From Octopus sinensis (taxonomy: Eukaryota), in assembly GCF_006345805.1 (NCBI RefSeq), contig NC_043009.1, forward strand, positions 38,006,001 through 38,070,000: DNA of 64,000 nucleotides, read 5' to 3'. This document shows, piece after piece, positions 1 to 12,899 of the stretch. A program made the translations under genes and the position numbers. The stretch's first letter is position 1. The number at the start of each line of letters is the position of its first letter. A model generated the notes under the pieces. That model saw only the letters and a list, made by a program, of their open reading frames with translations, did no database searches and was not told the DNA's origin.

Positions 1-1170
1 CTATATAAAGCTCGTGTATGTGTGTTATAGGTCCAGCTATATAAAGTTTGTGTGTGTGTGTATTACAGTTACAATCAGCAAAATAGCACTGCAAAAATTT
101 AATTAAGAGATAGTATGTTTGTTCATTTAACACACATTTTTCTTGCAAAGCTAAAAGTTTTTGATGTGAGATTTTATTAGAGGCAGGATTTTAAAGTCAG
201 ATGCTCTTCCTGTCACCAACTCTTATTTGTTTTTCAGTTAAAAAAAGAGATCTCATTATTCCGCAGGTCTTTGAGAATAGAGAGCATCCAGTTGTAATGT
301 CAACATTTAGTGTTGGTTCACTCAAGTGGTGATAAGTAACTGATGCAAATATGATCTGACAATTGAAAACACGAAGAATTAATGGGATAGTTTCTTCAAA
401 TCTTCACACCAACAGAAGATATTTTTGATACTGGAAAATTCGAGTTCAGCTAAGAATAATGCGACTAAAAGAAGCCCATATGTGGATAAATTGAAGTTAC
501 TTTACATTGATGAAGCCGAAAAATGGACTTTAAAGAAAGAGCTTCAGGATCACTCTGAGGGCTGGAAACATATTTTAGAGACTTCAGAGAATGGAAGTCA
601 CTAACAGAGGATAAAAATGTCACAAGTATATGTTATTGGTAGAGATGACAACAATAGCATCATCATCATCATCACTACCACTATCAAATGTGTGTCTTCT
701 ATGCTGGCATGGGTTGGACAATTTGACAGGATATCACGAGTTGGAAGACTTGTTATGTACCAATATCTGCTTTGGTAAACGGAGGCTAAGGGAAGGAAGG
801 TATCCTCAAACTAGAATCATGGTCTGAATGCTTGTATCAAAGTGGATTCTGTTACAGGCACTTAAGATGCCAAATAGTGTTAAACTGGCCAATGGGCTAT
901 GTCTACCTCCGAGGTGAACCTAGATGGGATTTGAACACAGAATGCAAAGAGTCTAAACAAATACAATAAGTTATCTGGTCCAATGTTTTTACTGTTCTGC
1001 CAATCCACCCTCTTAAGTTGGTAACTGTAAATGGTGATCAAGTGTATGTAATTTTTGGTTTTTAGCACCAAATCAACCATGATTGTACAGGCCTATGAGC
1101 AAAGCTATTCTCACCATGACTACCCCATTGACATTTAGAAGTACGTAGGATATATATATATATATATATC

Positions 1171-1290
1171 ATCAGCATCATCTTTTAATGTCCGCTTTCC
1201 ATGCTAGCATGGGTTGGACGATTTTGATTGAGGGCTGGTGAACCAGATGGCTGCACCAGGCTCCAATCTTGATTTGGCAGAGTTTCTACT
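1171..1290 (-). mobile_element. RTE-type LINE/SINE 3' tail (family C1) fragment
   Basis: catcatc...tttaatgtccgctttccatgctagcatgggttggacg is the reverse complement of the tail at 26260-26315. A more decayed related tail lies at about 655-780. Confidence 0.8.
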
Positions 1291-1297
1291 GCTTTTC

Positions 1298-1328
<31 letters not shown>

Positions 1329-2328
1329 ATGAATTATATATCATATGAGTCAATTTTTTATTTAAGACATTTGGGTGTGATGTGAGAAACATAGCTGTTA
1401 CTTTTAGCAAGTCAAGTGAGAACACAGAGGCTTGTTTGTTGTTTCACAGCAAGAAGTACATACTGTCAGTGATTGTGAGCATGAACAATCTTCCACTATA
1501 ACCACAGTGAACCAAAGATCAATAAGTACAAGCATCCTCTTATGATCATGTTGCTATTGTTTCTTTATGCTACTCCAACCCCTCTGCTATTTGAAGTGAC
1601 GGAAGTAGTCATGTTGATTGAAATAATTAGATATGTTACCAGCAATAAATGAATGAATATTTTAACAAATGTTATTCAAATTAGTGTATGTTTTCACAAG
1701 TTACATTCTCCTTTTGGCATATTGACCATAACCAACACTCACTCACAGGCAAGTGTGACCTCGGAGAATGTTCCATGCTTTTGTTAATTATTTTAGGTGC
1801 TTCTATACTTGCAAGCTGACATAGATATCGTCTCAGCACCCCCTCTTATCCATGATCCAACAGAAAATCCAAAATGTGAGAGCAGGAGGGAGAGTGGGGG
1901 ACTGTACCAGTCATTGAGCTGATGCAGGCCTCTCTCAAATACTGCAAAGCATTCTGTTCAACACTCTGATGATTGCCAGTTTTACCACCTTATAAATTAT
2001 TCTATTAATATATGTGGCAACGATGTGAAACCTAAAGAGCTCAATATAACAAGAAATAAGAAAAGAATAAAGATTTAATGTCTACATCATTGCCTTAATT
2101 TTTGCTTTCCCATGCTTGGATGGACCAAGATGAGGTAGAGTTTTCTTTATGGTTAGATATCTTTCAAGATGTCAATCTCCATCAGTCTCCAGGCAAAGTA
2201 ATAATCTCATAATCTATTTATTGAACAACAAACAACCTTTACATGAATAACTGAAAACAAAACCAACACTGTATGAACAAGCCTTTTGTTTACAAAGGCT
2301 GCATTATACTTTAAGAAGCCCAGACATG

Positions 2329-2685
2329 ATCCTTATTTCTTTATTGCCCACAAGGACCTAAACACAGAGGGAACAAACAAGGATGAAAGGCAAAGTCGAC
2401 CTTGGCAGAATTTGAACTCAGAATATAACGGCAGACAAAATACCTATTTCTTTACTACTCACAAGGGGCTAAACACAGAAGGGACAAACAAGGACAGACA
2501 AACGGATTAAGTCGATTATATCGACCCCAGTGCGTAACTATTACTTCTTTAATCGACCCTGAAAGGATGAAAGGCAAAGTCGATCTCGGCAGAATTTGAA
2601 CTCAGAACATAATGGTAGACGAAATGCCGCTAAGCATTTCGCCTGGCGTGCTAACGTTTCTGCCAGCACCCTCACCTTATACCCC
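2329..2685 (-). mobile_element. SINE family B head-to-tail dimer (one full and one 5'-truncated, internally deleted monomer)
   Basis: Two copies of the family-B body (gtcgactttgcctttcatcctttcggggtcgat, reverse complemented). They are flanked by one 16-bp direct repeat, aagaagcccagacatg, at 2313-2328 and 2686-2701. Confidence 0.85.
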
Positions 2686-2899
2686 AAGAAGCCCAGACAT
2701 GTTTTTGTGATGGACTGCAAGAAAATGACATAATTAGCAGAGCCATTGTTTACAATCATGTGTAGATGAGAGAAATATGAACTCATTCATGCAAACACAA
2801 ACCTGTCTATTTAATGATATAATATATAGACTCTCATGTCATTAAACGATGGATGAGGATTTTGCAATTTCTTGCAGAACATTGGTCAATGGAACTACC

Positions 2900-3134
2900 T
2901 ACTCATTAATAATCAAATGTTTGTGTTTACATAAGTTCACTCCTGACATCAAACTGATATTGCTTGTAGTACAGGTGCACAGGTGTGCTATGTGTCAGAT
3001 GCCAAAATGATCACAGACCAAGTGAAATGAAGAGTTTTGCTTAAGAACACAATGCATTGTCTGGTCTGAGGACCAAACCTACGATCTAGTGATTACGAGC
3101 ACAGCACCCTAACCACTAGGTCATGTGCCTTCAC
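2900..3134 (-). mobile_element. tRNA-derived SINE family D, degraded
   Basis: The reverse strand reads tgtgaaggcacatgacctagtggttagggtg (A-box-like head), then tgtgttcttaagcaaaactcttcatttcac as in the copy at 24269-24528. Confidence 0.7.
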
Positions 3135-3176
3135 AATATATTTACATATATATACAATGGGCTTCTTTCAGTTTCT

Positions 3177-3409
3177 TATTTCTTTACTGCCCACAAGGGG
3201 CTACACACAGAGGGGACAAACAAGGACAGACAAATGGATTAAGTTGATTATGTCGACCCCAGTGCGTAACTGGTACTTATTTAATCCACCCCGAAAGGAT
3301 GAAAGGCAAAATCGACTTTGGCGGAATTTGAACTCAGAATGTAGTGGCAGACAAAATACTGTTAAGCATTTCGCCCTGCGTGCTAACATTTCTGCCAGCT
3401 CACCACCTT
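3177..3409 (-). mobile_element. SINE family B inserted into a family A SINE
   Basis: Full family-B sequence. An 18-bp direct repeat, gggcttctttcagtttct, lies at 3159-3176 and 3437-3454. The family-A head continues to about 3600. Confidence 0.9.
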
Positions 3410-4289
3410 CATACACAGAAGAAGGCTTTGGAAAACGGGCTTCTTTCAGTTTCTATCTAACAAATCCTCTCACAAGGCTTTGATAGGCCTTGGGCTATAA
3501 CATAAGACACTTACCCAAGGCACCATACAGTGGGACTGAACCAGAGACCAGATGGTTGGGAAGCAAACTTTTTAGCCATACAATCATGTCTGCACCTAAT
3601 TCCAGATAATTAAAACCAATTAGTTCAAATTCCGTTCTGCCTAATTACTTCTGTTACTGCGTCTCCGATGGATCTTTAGATGTTACACAGGTGTCTACAA
3701 TATAATTTCATAACGCTGCATATTTCATAGCATCGAAGCCTTTTATATGATATAATACATAGAAGTATGAAAGCTATTGTTAATTATGCAGATGTTAAAG
3801 CCATGCAATGACATTGTTTAAAGAGTTAAAAGTAGGGCAGCATTTGATAATAAATAAGCATTTATATATCCCTGAAGGTCTATTAGAAGAATAGCCAACT
3901 TAATAGGTACTTTCAATATTGCTGAATTTTAAAGTGTACCAACATAACACTTCTGTGAAACTATTAAAATACCTCAGAATCTTATAGATATAAATATATA
4001 AGTATGTGATGAACACTAAAATTAATGCAGACATGTTTAGCAATGGAAGTCCATTACCAGGAATTGTTATCTTTTCTGCCAATAATATCTCATCAGCGAC
4101 TCACTATTTTTTTTCTTCCTCTTTTGTAGAAGAATATATTTAAGAAAAAATGACAAAAAAGAAAAAAAAAAAATGAAAGAAAGCAAGTTGAATTCCAATT
4201 CATTATTCAGTTGGATGAAAAGAAATAGTTAGTTGGTGCAATTGAAAGCTAAAGTAGGTATATATGTCATTTGCCCATAACTACTATGA

Positions 4290-4398
4290 CAAGATATATA
4301 TATATATATATCTTATATCATATATATATACATATTATATCACATACATATACATATATATATGATATCACATATATATACATATATATATATTATAT

Positions 4399-4433
<35 letters not shown>

Positions 4434-4438
4434 TATAT

Positions 4439-4471
<33 letters not shown>

Positions 4472-4483
4472 TATATCACACAC

Positions 4484-4529
<46 letters not shown>

Positions 4530-4690
4530 CACACATGTATATATACATATATACATTATATCACACACATATATATATATACATATCATATATATATATA
4601 TATATATATTATATCATATATATATACTCATACATAAATACACACACACACATATATATATATTATACACATACACACACATTTACATAT
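4290..4690. repeat. Compound (TA)n/(CA)n microsatellite with a recurring TATTATATCAC spacer
   Basis: Direct reading; this is the source of the YI/HT-repeat ORFs. Confidence 0.95.
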
Positions 4691-4811
4691 ATATTGCCAA
4701 ATGAAAAACAAAATATCAGTCTGGATTTTTTCTTCTTTCTCATTTACAATAGCATATCGAAGATACTGAGTAAAGAAATTCACCAATGGCTCTCTCTCAT
4801 TTCCTGTTTAG

Positions 4812-4949
4812 GAAAACATCAATGGTTTTTAAGATTAGAAGAATGCAGCAGAAACGGGTATGTAAACAGTGGGGGTGATTGTTATAATAGATTGTCCCAG
4901 AATATGGAATATAGCAACTATGGGAATCTATATTCTTCCTATTGTATTG
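4812..4949 (+). CDS. Candidate internal coding exon, 138 nt, phase 1-1; product unknown (Cys/Tyr-rich, possibly extracellular)
   Basis: Acceptor ctctctctcatttcctgtttag, donor TTG|gtaagc. Open frame (G)KHQWFLRLEECSRNGYVNSGGDCYNRLSQNMEYSNYGNLYSSYCI(G). No partner exon identified. Confidence 0.4.
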
Positions 4950-5074
4950 GTAAGCATTCATTACATTGATAGACTGTCAGAGAAAAATATAGGACTGTAT
5001 ATGAACTGAATATCTTATTCACATGTCTAATAGGTAACACTATATTTGTGTGTATGTGCATGTGTGTATGCAGG

Positions 5075-5105
<31 letters not shown>

Positions 5106-6130
5106 ATATGCAGATATATATGTGTACATAAATACACACAGATGTATGTGCACATGTGTGTGTATGTATGTATGTATCATATATATGTATGTGTATACAT
5201 ATATGTGTGTGCATGTGTACATATATACATACATACATATATGCATGTTTGTGTGTAGTAAATGGCACTGAGGAAATTGTCCTAACAAAAGATTAAAGAA
5301 TCGGTGAGAGACATTCCAAAGAAGCCTGAAGATTTATGGTATTTGGCACAAGCATTGTGGTTGGTTAAGAAGCTTGCTTTGCAATCACATGTTTTCAAGG
5401 AAGTGTCTGCTACTATAGGCACTAATTGACTAATGCCTAATGCCTTGTGAGTGAATTTGATAGATGGAAACTGTGTGGAAGCCTATTTTATGTATATATG
5501 CATCTTTAGTGTCTGTGTTTGTCATGCTACTTTCTTAACCAATTGACAACTAGTGTTGGTTTATTTATGTCCTTATAACATAGCTGTTTACTGGAACAGA
5601 CTAATAGAATATGCAAAAGACTTTAAAACAGCGAAAGTACTGAGGTCAATTTATTTGAACTAAAACTCTTCAAAGTGGTGCTCCAGCATGGCCAGAGTCA
5701 AATGGCTGAAACAAGTAAAAGATAAAAGCTTCTATTCTGTGGTACAGTAGGTTCACTCATAATTGGAGCTTCAGATGGTGAGGAGGAAACAAGCATGGGA
5801 GGAGGGGGGGGGGCAAAGGGAAGCAAAATATTCCACTAGAATATCAGACTTTATCCAGAATGGATCCTACATTTGACAGAAGCTTTATGGTTCAAAATGA
5901 CCTCTTTTAACCCTCTTTAATAAGTTGCACAAACTCTGAAATAAGTGAGATTCATCATCATCATTTAATGTTTGCCTTCCATGTCACCATGAGTTGGACA
6001 GAGGGAGACAAATATATGATAAGGCCAAGAACAGTGTTGTGCTCCAGTCCACATTGTATAATTTGTCAGTGGTGGATAAGACACATTTGTGATCTGTATG
6101 GTCCCTGCCAAGCTAGTGAGACCCGTTTAG

Positions 6131-6500
6131 TCTGATATCATCATCATTTAATGTCCACTTTTCTTTGCTTGTATGGGTTGGATGGAATTTGTCGAGGCAA
6201 ATTTTCTTCAGCTGGATGCTCTTCCAGTCAATAACCCCCACCTATTTCCAGAAATGTTTCCCATGGAAGACTGGAAATGAACAATATCATTCATGTGATG
6301 ATGTTCATTTGTAACCATCATGTGATGCCAAGACAAGGGTACACACACACACACATTTCTGTCTACCAAATCCAATCACAAGATTTTAGTTGGCCCAGGG
6401 CTGTAGTAGAAGACATCTGCCCAATTTGTGGTATGGTGGGACTGAACCTAAACTATATGGTTAGTAAGCAGACTTCTCAACCACACAGCCATGCCTGCAC
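6131..6500 (-). mobile_element. SINE with family A head and RTE-type (C2) tail
   Basis: The A head (ccacacagccatgcctgcac, reverse complemented) is joined through a (CA)n tract to a tail beginning catcatcatttaatgtccac. Confidence 0.75.
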
Positions 6501-6704
6501 ATATAAAGGGTATTTGAAACTTTTCTGATATCTAAAAATTCCTTCAACTACATTTTTATTCCACAAACTAAATTTGTCTGATACTGATAAGAATTTAAGT
6601 AACACAGTTTAAAAAGACCAACAATAAAAAACACCCTCCCAATTAAAACTTTATGTAATCATAGTCTCTCAAGAGAAACTGGTAGAAATGCAACAGAAAC
6701 TAGT

Positions 6705-6736
<32 letters not shown>

Positions 6737-6895
6737 TGGTAACTTTGTCTCTAGGAGGAATTTTCATCGGTGTTAAATGAATTTTGTTGCTTACTGAGGT
6801 CAACAAACAGCTAACAGATGACAGGGTGTGATTCTAAGACGTAAGTAATTGACAGATACTAACTTAGAATTTAAATGTTATATCATAACAGCCAG

Positions 6896-6943
<48 letters not shown>

Positions 6944-7623
6944 GAATCTTTAGTAGCAGATGGAAGTGTGTTGTTTGGGTCAGTATGAGGCAGTGTGAAC
7001 AGAGAAGAACAAAAATATGAAAAGAAGAAAGATTGGATGTAAGAGAGAGAGAGAGAGAGACGGAGAGAGAGAGAGACGGAGAGAGAGAGAATGACATCTG
7101 TATCAAAACAGTACAAATTGTTTACATACATAAACTATAACAACATTTACCAGTCCTGGACTTCAATGACTAAGTACATAAAGCAGGAACCAGGAACAGT
7201 ACTAAATGTTATGTGAAACTGGCTACTCCCAGCCATACACACACACACACACACACACACACTGGTGTTGTTAACTTTTAAGGCAGACAAATGCCAATGA
7301 ATCACAACTAATGAAGATTGTTGCTAATTATCTTTGGTCTAGTCTTCCATCATCAGTCTAGTCTTTGATCCATAGTTTCGTCTTTAATCCTCGGTCTTGT
7401 CATTAATCCAGTCTCATCTTTAATCCACAGTCCTGTCTTTAATCCACAAACTAGTCGTTAAGTTGACTGATACCACAGTATCTTTTCTAAGTGTTGCTTC
7501 ACAATACAATTACTTACAACCATATTTACTTAATGCCCAGTAATGTGCCACCCATCATTAAGCCCCAAGGTTTGGCATCATACATGGTTTCCTGAAAAGC
7601 TAGCTTTATTTAATTCTTCTTAC

Positions 7624-7715
7624 CTTTTATTTCAGCCAATAATGCTGTAAATTCAGTAAAGTCAGAAGGAAGAATGTTGAATCAAACTTACCTAAAAGAA
7701 AATAAAAAAAGATGT
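7624..7715 (-). other. Candidate recursive splice site with a 68-nt RS/poison exon (7691-7624)
   Basis: Minus strand: aactaaatgacatctttttttattttcttttAG|GTAAGT at the 7692/7691 junction, and a downstream donor AAG|GTAAGA at 7624/7623. The exon has stops in all three frames. Confidence 0.45.
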
Positions 7716-8139
7716 CATTTAGTTATATTTTGGTTTTGGATTTGGTTTGCAAGGTTCTTTATATGAACTTATATGTTCAAGCATAATTTTTTTATCTCAG
7801 GAGGGTCATTATGCCAAGAATAAACACAGGCATTGATTCTATTTCACTTCTTTCATTACTGACTGAACAATTAATCAAACAGTTAATTGGTTAATAGTTT
7901 ACCAATTGACATATAAATAATAACAAACTAAAATAGAACCAGGGTGTGTGTGAATTTTATTATTAGCATAATGACCCTACCAGAATACCGCAAAATTAAG
8001 CAAAACATTTCATAAAAAATTAGAATTACCTCTATATCATATTTAACATAAGTGTCTCCAAAACAAACTTTTTCCTTTTATATTTTGGTGTACTTTGTGA
8101 ATAATGTCAACAAATTATATTAAGAGAGACATTTATATA

Positions 8140-8723
8140 CTGCAAAAACCCATGTAATTTACGTACTTTTTTCACAAAAACAAAAATAATCAGAGCTTGA
8201 GACAAGAAGACACTTTTGACCAATCAGAATTTTGTTTACATAATGAGTGATGGGTCACCTTCCTCTGTCGGTTGAGTAAAGTGTCACCCAAGCTGATGTT
8301 TATTGGTAAAATTAAACTTATTTTGCAACACTGGTGCATATTTATCAGCTTTGTTTTTGTTGGTAAGAATTATCAACAACTTTTCATGTGATCGTGATTT
8401 GAGAAGACACAGAAGTATGCTAAAGATTGGATATAATCTCTTGTGGGCAAAAGTTTATTATAAACAATACAAACACTTTGTAATTTAATAGCTTTCAATG
8501 AGATACCTGTTAAACAGAAATTATTTTTATTTAGTGAAAATTTAATAAAATCTAATCATAAGCAAGTGAAATTATGCTAAATACAACTAAATTGAAAAAC
8601 TTTTCCCCTGGCCATATCGGAAATTCTGAAAAATTTGGGGTGCAAATTTTACACGGACAGAAGCTTTTTTTCAACAATTTTTATCCTGAAAATCACCTGC
8701 GTAAATTACATGGGTTTTTACGG
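8140..8723. mobile_element. Tc1/mariner/pogo-type MITE
   Basis: TIRs of about 26 bp: ctgcaaaaacccatgtaatttacgta and tgcgtaaattacatgggtttttacgg. TA dinucleotides flank both ends (8138-8139, 8724-8725). Confidence 0.8.
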
Positions 8724-9031
8724 TATTTCAGTATCATTTACTAATTCACTTTTACATCCATTTTACCATGCGTGTGTAAGAGGATTACATATTATAGAGA
8801 TGTTTAACAGCCTGGAGCCTTTCCTGTTGCTTAAGAGAGCTCTCATCTCACTCGGATGATCTGTTGACCAGGAAATGTCAACAAATGACATCAACAGTCA
8901 AGCAGCTTAGTGTGGAATGTAAATGCTTACTACACACACACACACATACACATACAAATATATACTATACAAATATAAATATGCAAAAACATATATGCAC
9001 ACAGAAAAGCATATATATGGCATTTACCATA

Positions 9032-9570
9032 TACACTGAACCACAAAAGAAGTGCGATTTTTTTTCAAATGTCATTTTTATATGATAAATTCTGAAAATT
9101 TATTTCAAGGATGTAAGTGTAAATATTCCAAGACATGCTGGTTTATGGCTGAGACCCAAATTGCAGGTAATCTTTCAACTTTCCCTGAAACAAGATGCCA
9201 AAATGCAGCTGTGTTGAATACTGTGGGTGGCAGTCGCAAACAATTGTCATGAAAACCGAAATGCATGTACATCTTGTGAAGGTTATGGGTATAAAAATTG
9301 ACTTGAACTGCATTCCTGGCATTTATGATTTGGACACATCAGGTAGGACCCGATTGTTAGCAGCATAAAGAGAACAAGCTATCAGTCAATTGCAAGCAGA
9401 GCAGCATGCCCTGCAATAGCAATACGACAATGTCAACATCACTGCAGACCATACCCACAGTGGGTGCCCCCTGGGTGACCACGCCCTAGCAGGACCGCTT
9501 CATTCACCTGCAACACCTCCGTGATTGCTTCAGACCTGCTAGCGTGACAGCTCCAGGAACCCATCAGTAA
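9032..9570 (+). pseudogene. Tc1-like transposon 5' portion with a disabled transposase N-terminus
   Basis: TA|CACTGAACCACAAAAGAAGTGCG resembles a Tc1 terminus. The frameshifted translation TADHTHSGC/PWVTTP*QDRFIHLQHLRDCFRPASVTAPGTH matches the Tc1 linker motif DRPRSGRPRVTT..QDR.I.L.HLRDR. Confidence 0.85.
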
Positions 9571-12470
9571 ATACATATATGTACACACACACATTTATGA
9601 ACACACAACAGGCTTTGTACAACTTCCAATCTACCATATTCATTCATACAGCATCGGTTATAGTATGGAGCTATAGTAGAAGGTGCTGTGAAGTGGAACT
9701 GAACCCCAAACCATTTGGTTCAATAACAAACTTCTTAACTTACAGCCAATACCTGCACCCTATAGTCTGTAACTGTAAATAATTACTTCTTAATATAATA
9801 AACAATGCATAATTATGAAGACTTTAGTTTTAGAATTTCATTTCATACATTCCACAGTTTTAGATATATAATTTTATTATTTCTATGGTGCATCATTTAG
9901 GAACCAAACTCTTATACTTTCAACACAGAGAACTAATTAATGCAATAACTAATACACTGGAACCATTGATGTATATTTTGTCAGAATATTTCATAAAAAC
10001 AATTTAGACAAAACTTAAATCTATAGGAAGCGGATGATAATCTTAAACTGTAATAAAATTACTAAATAAATATATAAAAAAAAAAGATTTTTGTAACAAA
10101 TATTGCTGTGTGTCTTTGGAGGGAAATAAAATGAAGAAGGAGGAAAGAAGACATTTTATGTTGATGCCATTTAGCTGCAATAATAATTAAATTAATATTG
10201 AGTGACTAAGATAGCATTTTAGGTGACAAACAACCAAGAATTAAATAACTTGGCACCATATGTCTATAGAGTAAGTGTTTGGAAAATTTTGTTGTGTACA
10301 AAGAAACTACAATATATATTTATTTAAGAAATTTCAAATAAATAAATAAATAAATTAAGGTAATGACAGATTCTTTGGAAAGATTCTTTACATGATTAGA
10401 TTTTCAAGAATAAAGACAGACTCATGCTAACACGAAGTAATTAACTATAGTTTGAAGAATTTCCTGCAGATGTTATATAGTTGGAAAATGAAAATTAACA
10501 TTAAACTAAAAGAAAAAAAAAACTTTCGTTCTTCAACTTTGTGGCACATATGTAGGAATATGTAGGAATATTAAAGACAAAAAGAAGAATCATATATGTA
10601 ACTAATTAAAACTGAAAAAGAAAATATAAAAATAAAAAACTATGGAAATGAAGAGAGAAAAAAACCCTTGAAATTTACTCGAGGCATAAACGAAGAAGAG
10701 TTAAGGTTGAATATGATGAACAGCAGATAAATGAAATTTCAGGAAATAGATAAGACTAAAACAATAATAAATAAAAAATAAAATAGAAACATGTTAAAAT
10801 TAAATAGTGTGAGATTCTAAATAATACTACTAATGCAGATAATTAGTTACATTTTCAATAATTAACAAAAATAAAAGAAATTCTCAAAAAAAAAAAAACC
10901 GAGGAAAAAAAAAGAAGAGAGATAATTCTGGAGCGCAGCAAGAAACCAGAGGAAAGGATATAGCAAAGATATATTTTTGTAAAAATTCATTAGTGACAAA
11001 AAGAAGTTAGCAGCATGTGACATCATATTGCTTCTGCTATTTGGTTAGCAGCTGAAATATGTCAGTTGTTTAAACACTACTTAACCAGTTCACTAGAAAA
11101 GATTTGTGCAAAAGCAAACAGGAATGGAATTTCCAAAGTCAGTTTTTTTCCTAAATCCCACCCAGCAACTTGCTAGAAGTTGCTAAACATTTTAATATCA
11201 ACATTAACGTTGCTGCTGTGGACATGGCCAAACCAATGTACTTTCTTAATCTTATGGTTTTTTAAAAAATTCTTTTTAGTTTCTTCTTTGCATTTTACGG
11301 TAAACAATTCAAAAACACAAGAATTTAAGTAGAGCAAAGAAAACTAGTTGTGTGAATAGCCAGGGTTAATTAAAGAGGACCGAGCACAGAAGCAAGAAAT
11401 GATTGCAGGTGTTTTAAATTCTTCTTGTGTAAGTGCATATGTTTTTATAGGTTATACAAGAGAATGAAGAGCAGTATCTATGACTACTGTATGCTCTCAA
11501 AGACTGTGGATATTGGTGAGGTTAATACACAACACAAACAGCTCTAGCAAACATGTTAGTTTTGGAATGAATTCTTGCTAAAGGCACTCAAGAAAAAGAA
11601 TGTGATGGTCTTAAATCACAGAGTGTTAAATCTACCACCTAACATGGGAGAGAAGAAGCAAGAATAAAAGGAAAAGGGGGTGAAAAATCTCAGGAATGGG
11701 AAAATCTAATTAAAAATTTTTTTTATTGTCCTATAATTTTTTCAAAATTATTTTTTTGTTTAAAATTGCAAATTGGTAAAACTGATTGTTTTCATAAACT
11801 AACATCTAAGGTAAACTGCCAACTGAAATTAAAATTCAATTTCAAAAAAGAAAAACATTTTTTTTTAGTTTTTGTGATTAAAATTTGATTTTGCTTTGTA
11901 TATTAAATTTTTAATTAGGGCTCAAATTTCAATGAGTATTTTGAAAATTTTTTTTGTTTTCTTCTTTAATATTTTTTTTAAAAACAATTTCATTCTTCCT
12001 ATTTGATTTCAGTTAATGAAAAAAATACAAAACTATCGAGAAGCTGACAAATCATGAAATGAAATTCCTATTGCTAAAAACAATAAACAAATAAATGAAA
12101 ACGGTTTTGAGTAAAAACTACTTTAGAATTGTCTCAGTTTTTTAATATGTTTTATTATTAGCTTGTTAAAGGAAGAAGAACAGAAATTTGGTGAGTAATG
12201 AGTGGGGGAGTTTTTGCGGAGATTGTGATGTCTAAACAATTTCAAATAAACCGATAAGTGGGTACGGCTGTGTTGTAAGAAGCTTGCTTCCTAACCATGT
12301 GGTCTTGGGTTCAATTCTTGGGTGTCTTCTACAATAATCTTAGACTGACCATAGCCTTGTGTGTGCATTTGGTAGATAGAAGAATTTTGTTGTTTGTATG
12401 TGTAGGTACCGGTGTCTTAACATCACATGATTGTTGTAAATGACTAGCACTATAATAATCTTTTCTACTC

Positions 12471-12873
12471 TAGGCACAAGGTCTTAAATTTTGGGGGAGG
12501 GGGCAGTCAATTAGATCAATCCCAGTATGCAACTGGTACTTAATTTATCCCCAAAAGGATGAAAGGCAAAGCTGACCCTGGCGGAATTTGAATTCAGAAT
12601 GTAAAGACAGATGAAATACCGCTAAGCATTTTGCTTGGCATGCTAACGTTTCTTATTTCTTTATTGCCCACAAGGGGCTAAACATAGAGGGGACAAACAA
12701 GGACAAACGGATTAAGTTGATTATATCGACCCCAGTGCGTAACTGGTACTTATTTAATTGACCCGAAAGAATGATGGCAAAGTTGACCTTGGCGGAATTT
12801 GAACTCAGAACGTAATGGCAGACTGCTAAGCATTTCGCCCGGTGTGCTAACATTCCTGCCAGTTTGCTGCCTT
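12471..12873 (-). mobile_element. SINE family B head-to-tail dimer
   Basis: A full copy (12656-12873) is fused at aaagaaata/agaaacg to a 5'-truncated copy (12471-12655). Confidence 0.85.
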
Positions 12874-12899
12874 ACTAGCACTATAATAATACAAGTAAT

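Noticed and set aside
267-600. Acceptor with VFENREHPVVMSTFSVGSLKW*, and a 73-codon open frame containing LLYIDEAEKWTLKKE
   Set aside because: No convincing donor or start. The faint likeness to the RTE motif LLYG.E.WTL is too weak to call.
8375-8510. Minus-strand acceptor plus 44-codon open frame (AG|GTATCT)
   Set aside because: It lies inside the 8140-8723 MITE; the donor-like match is weak.
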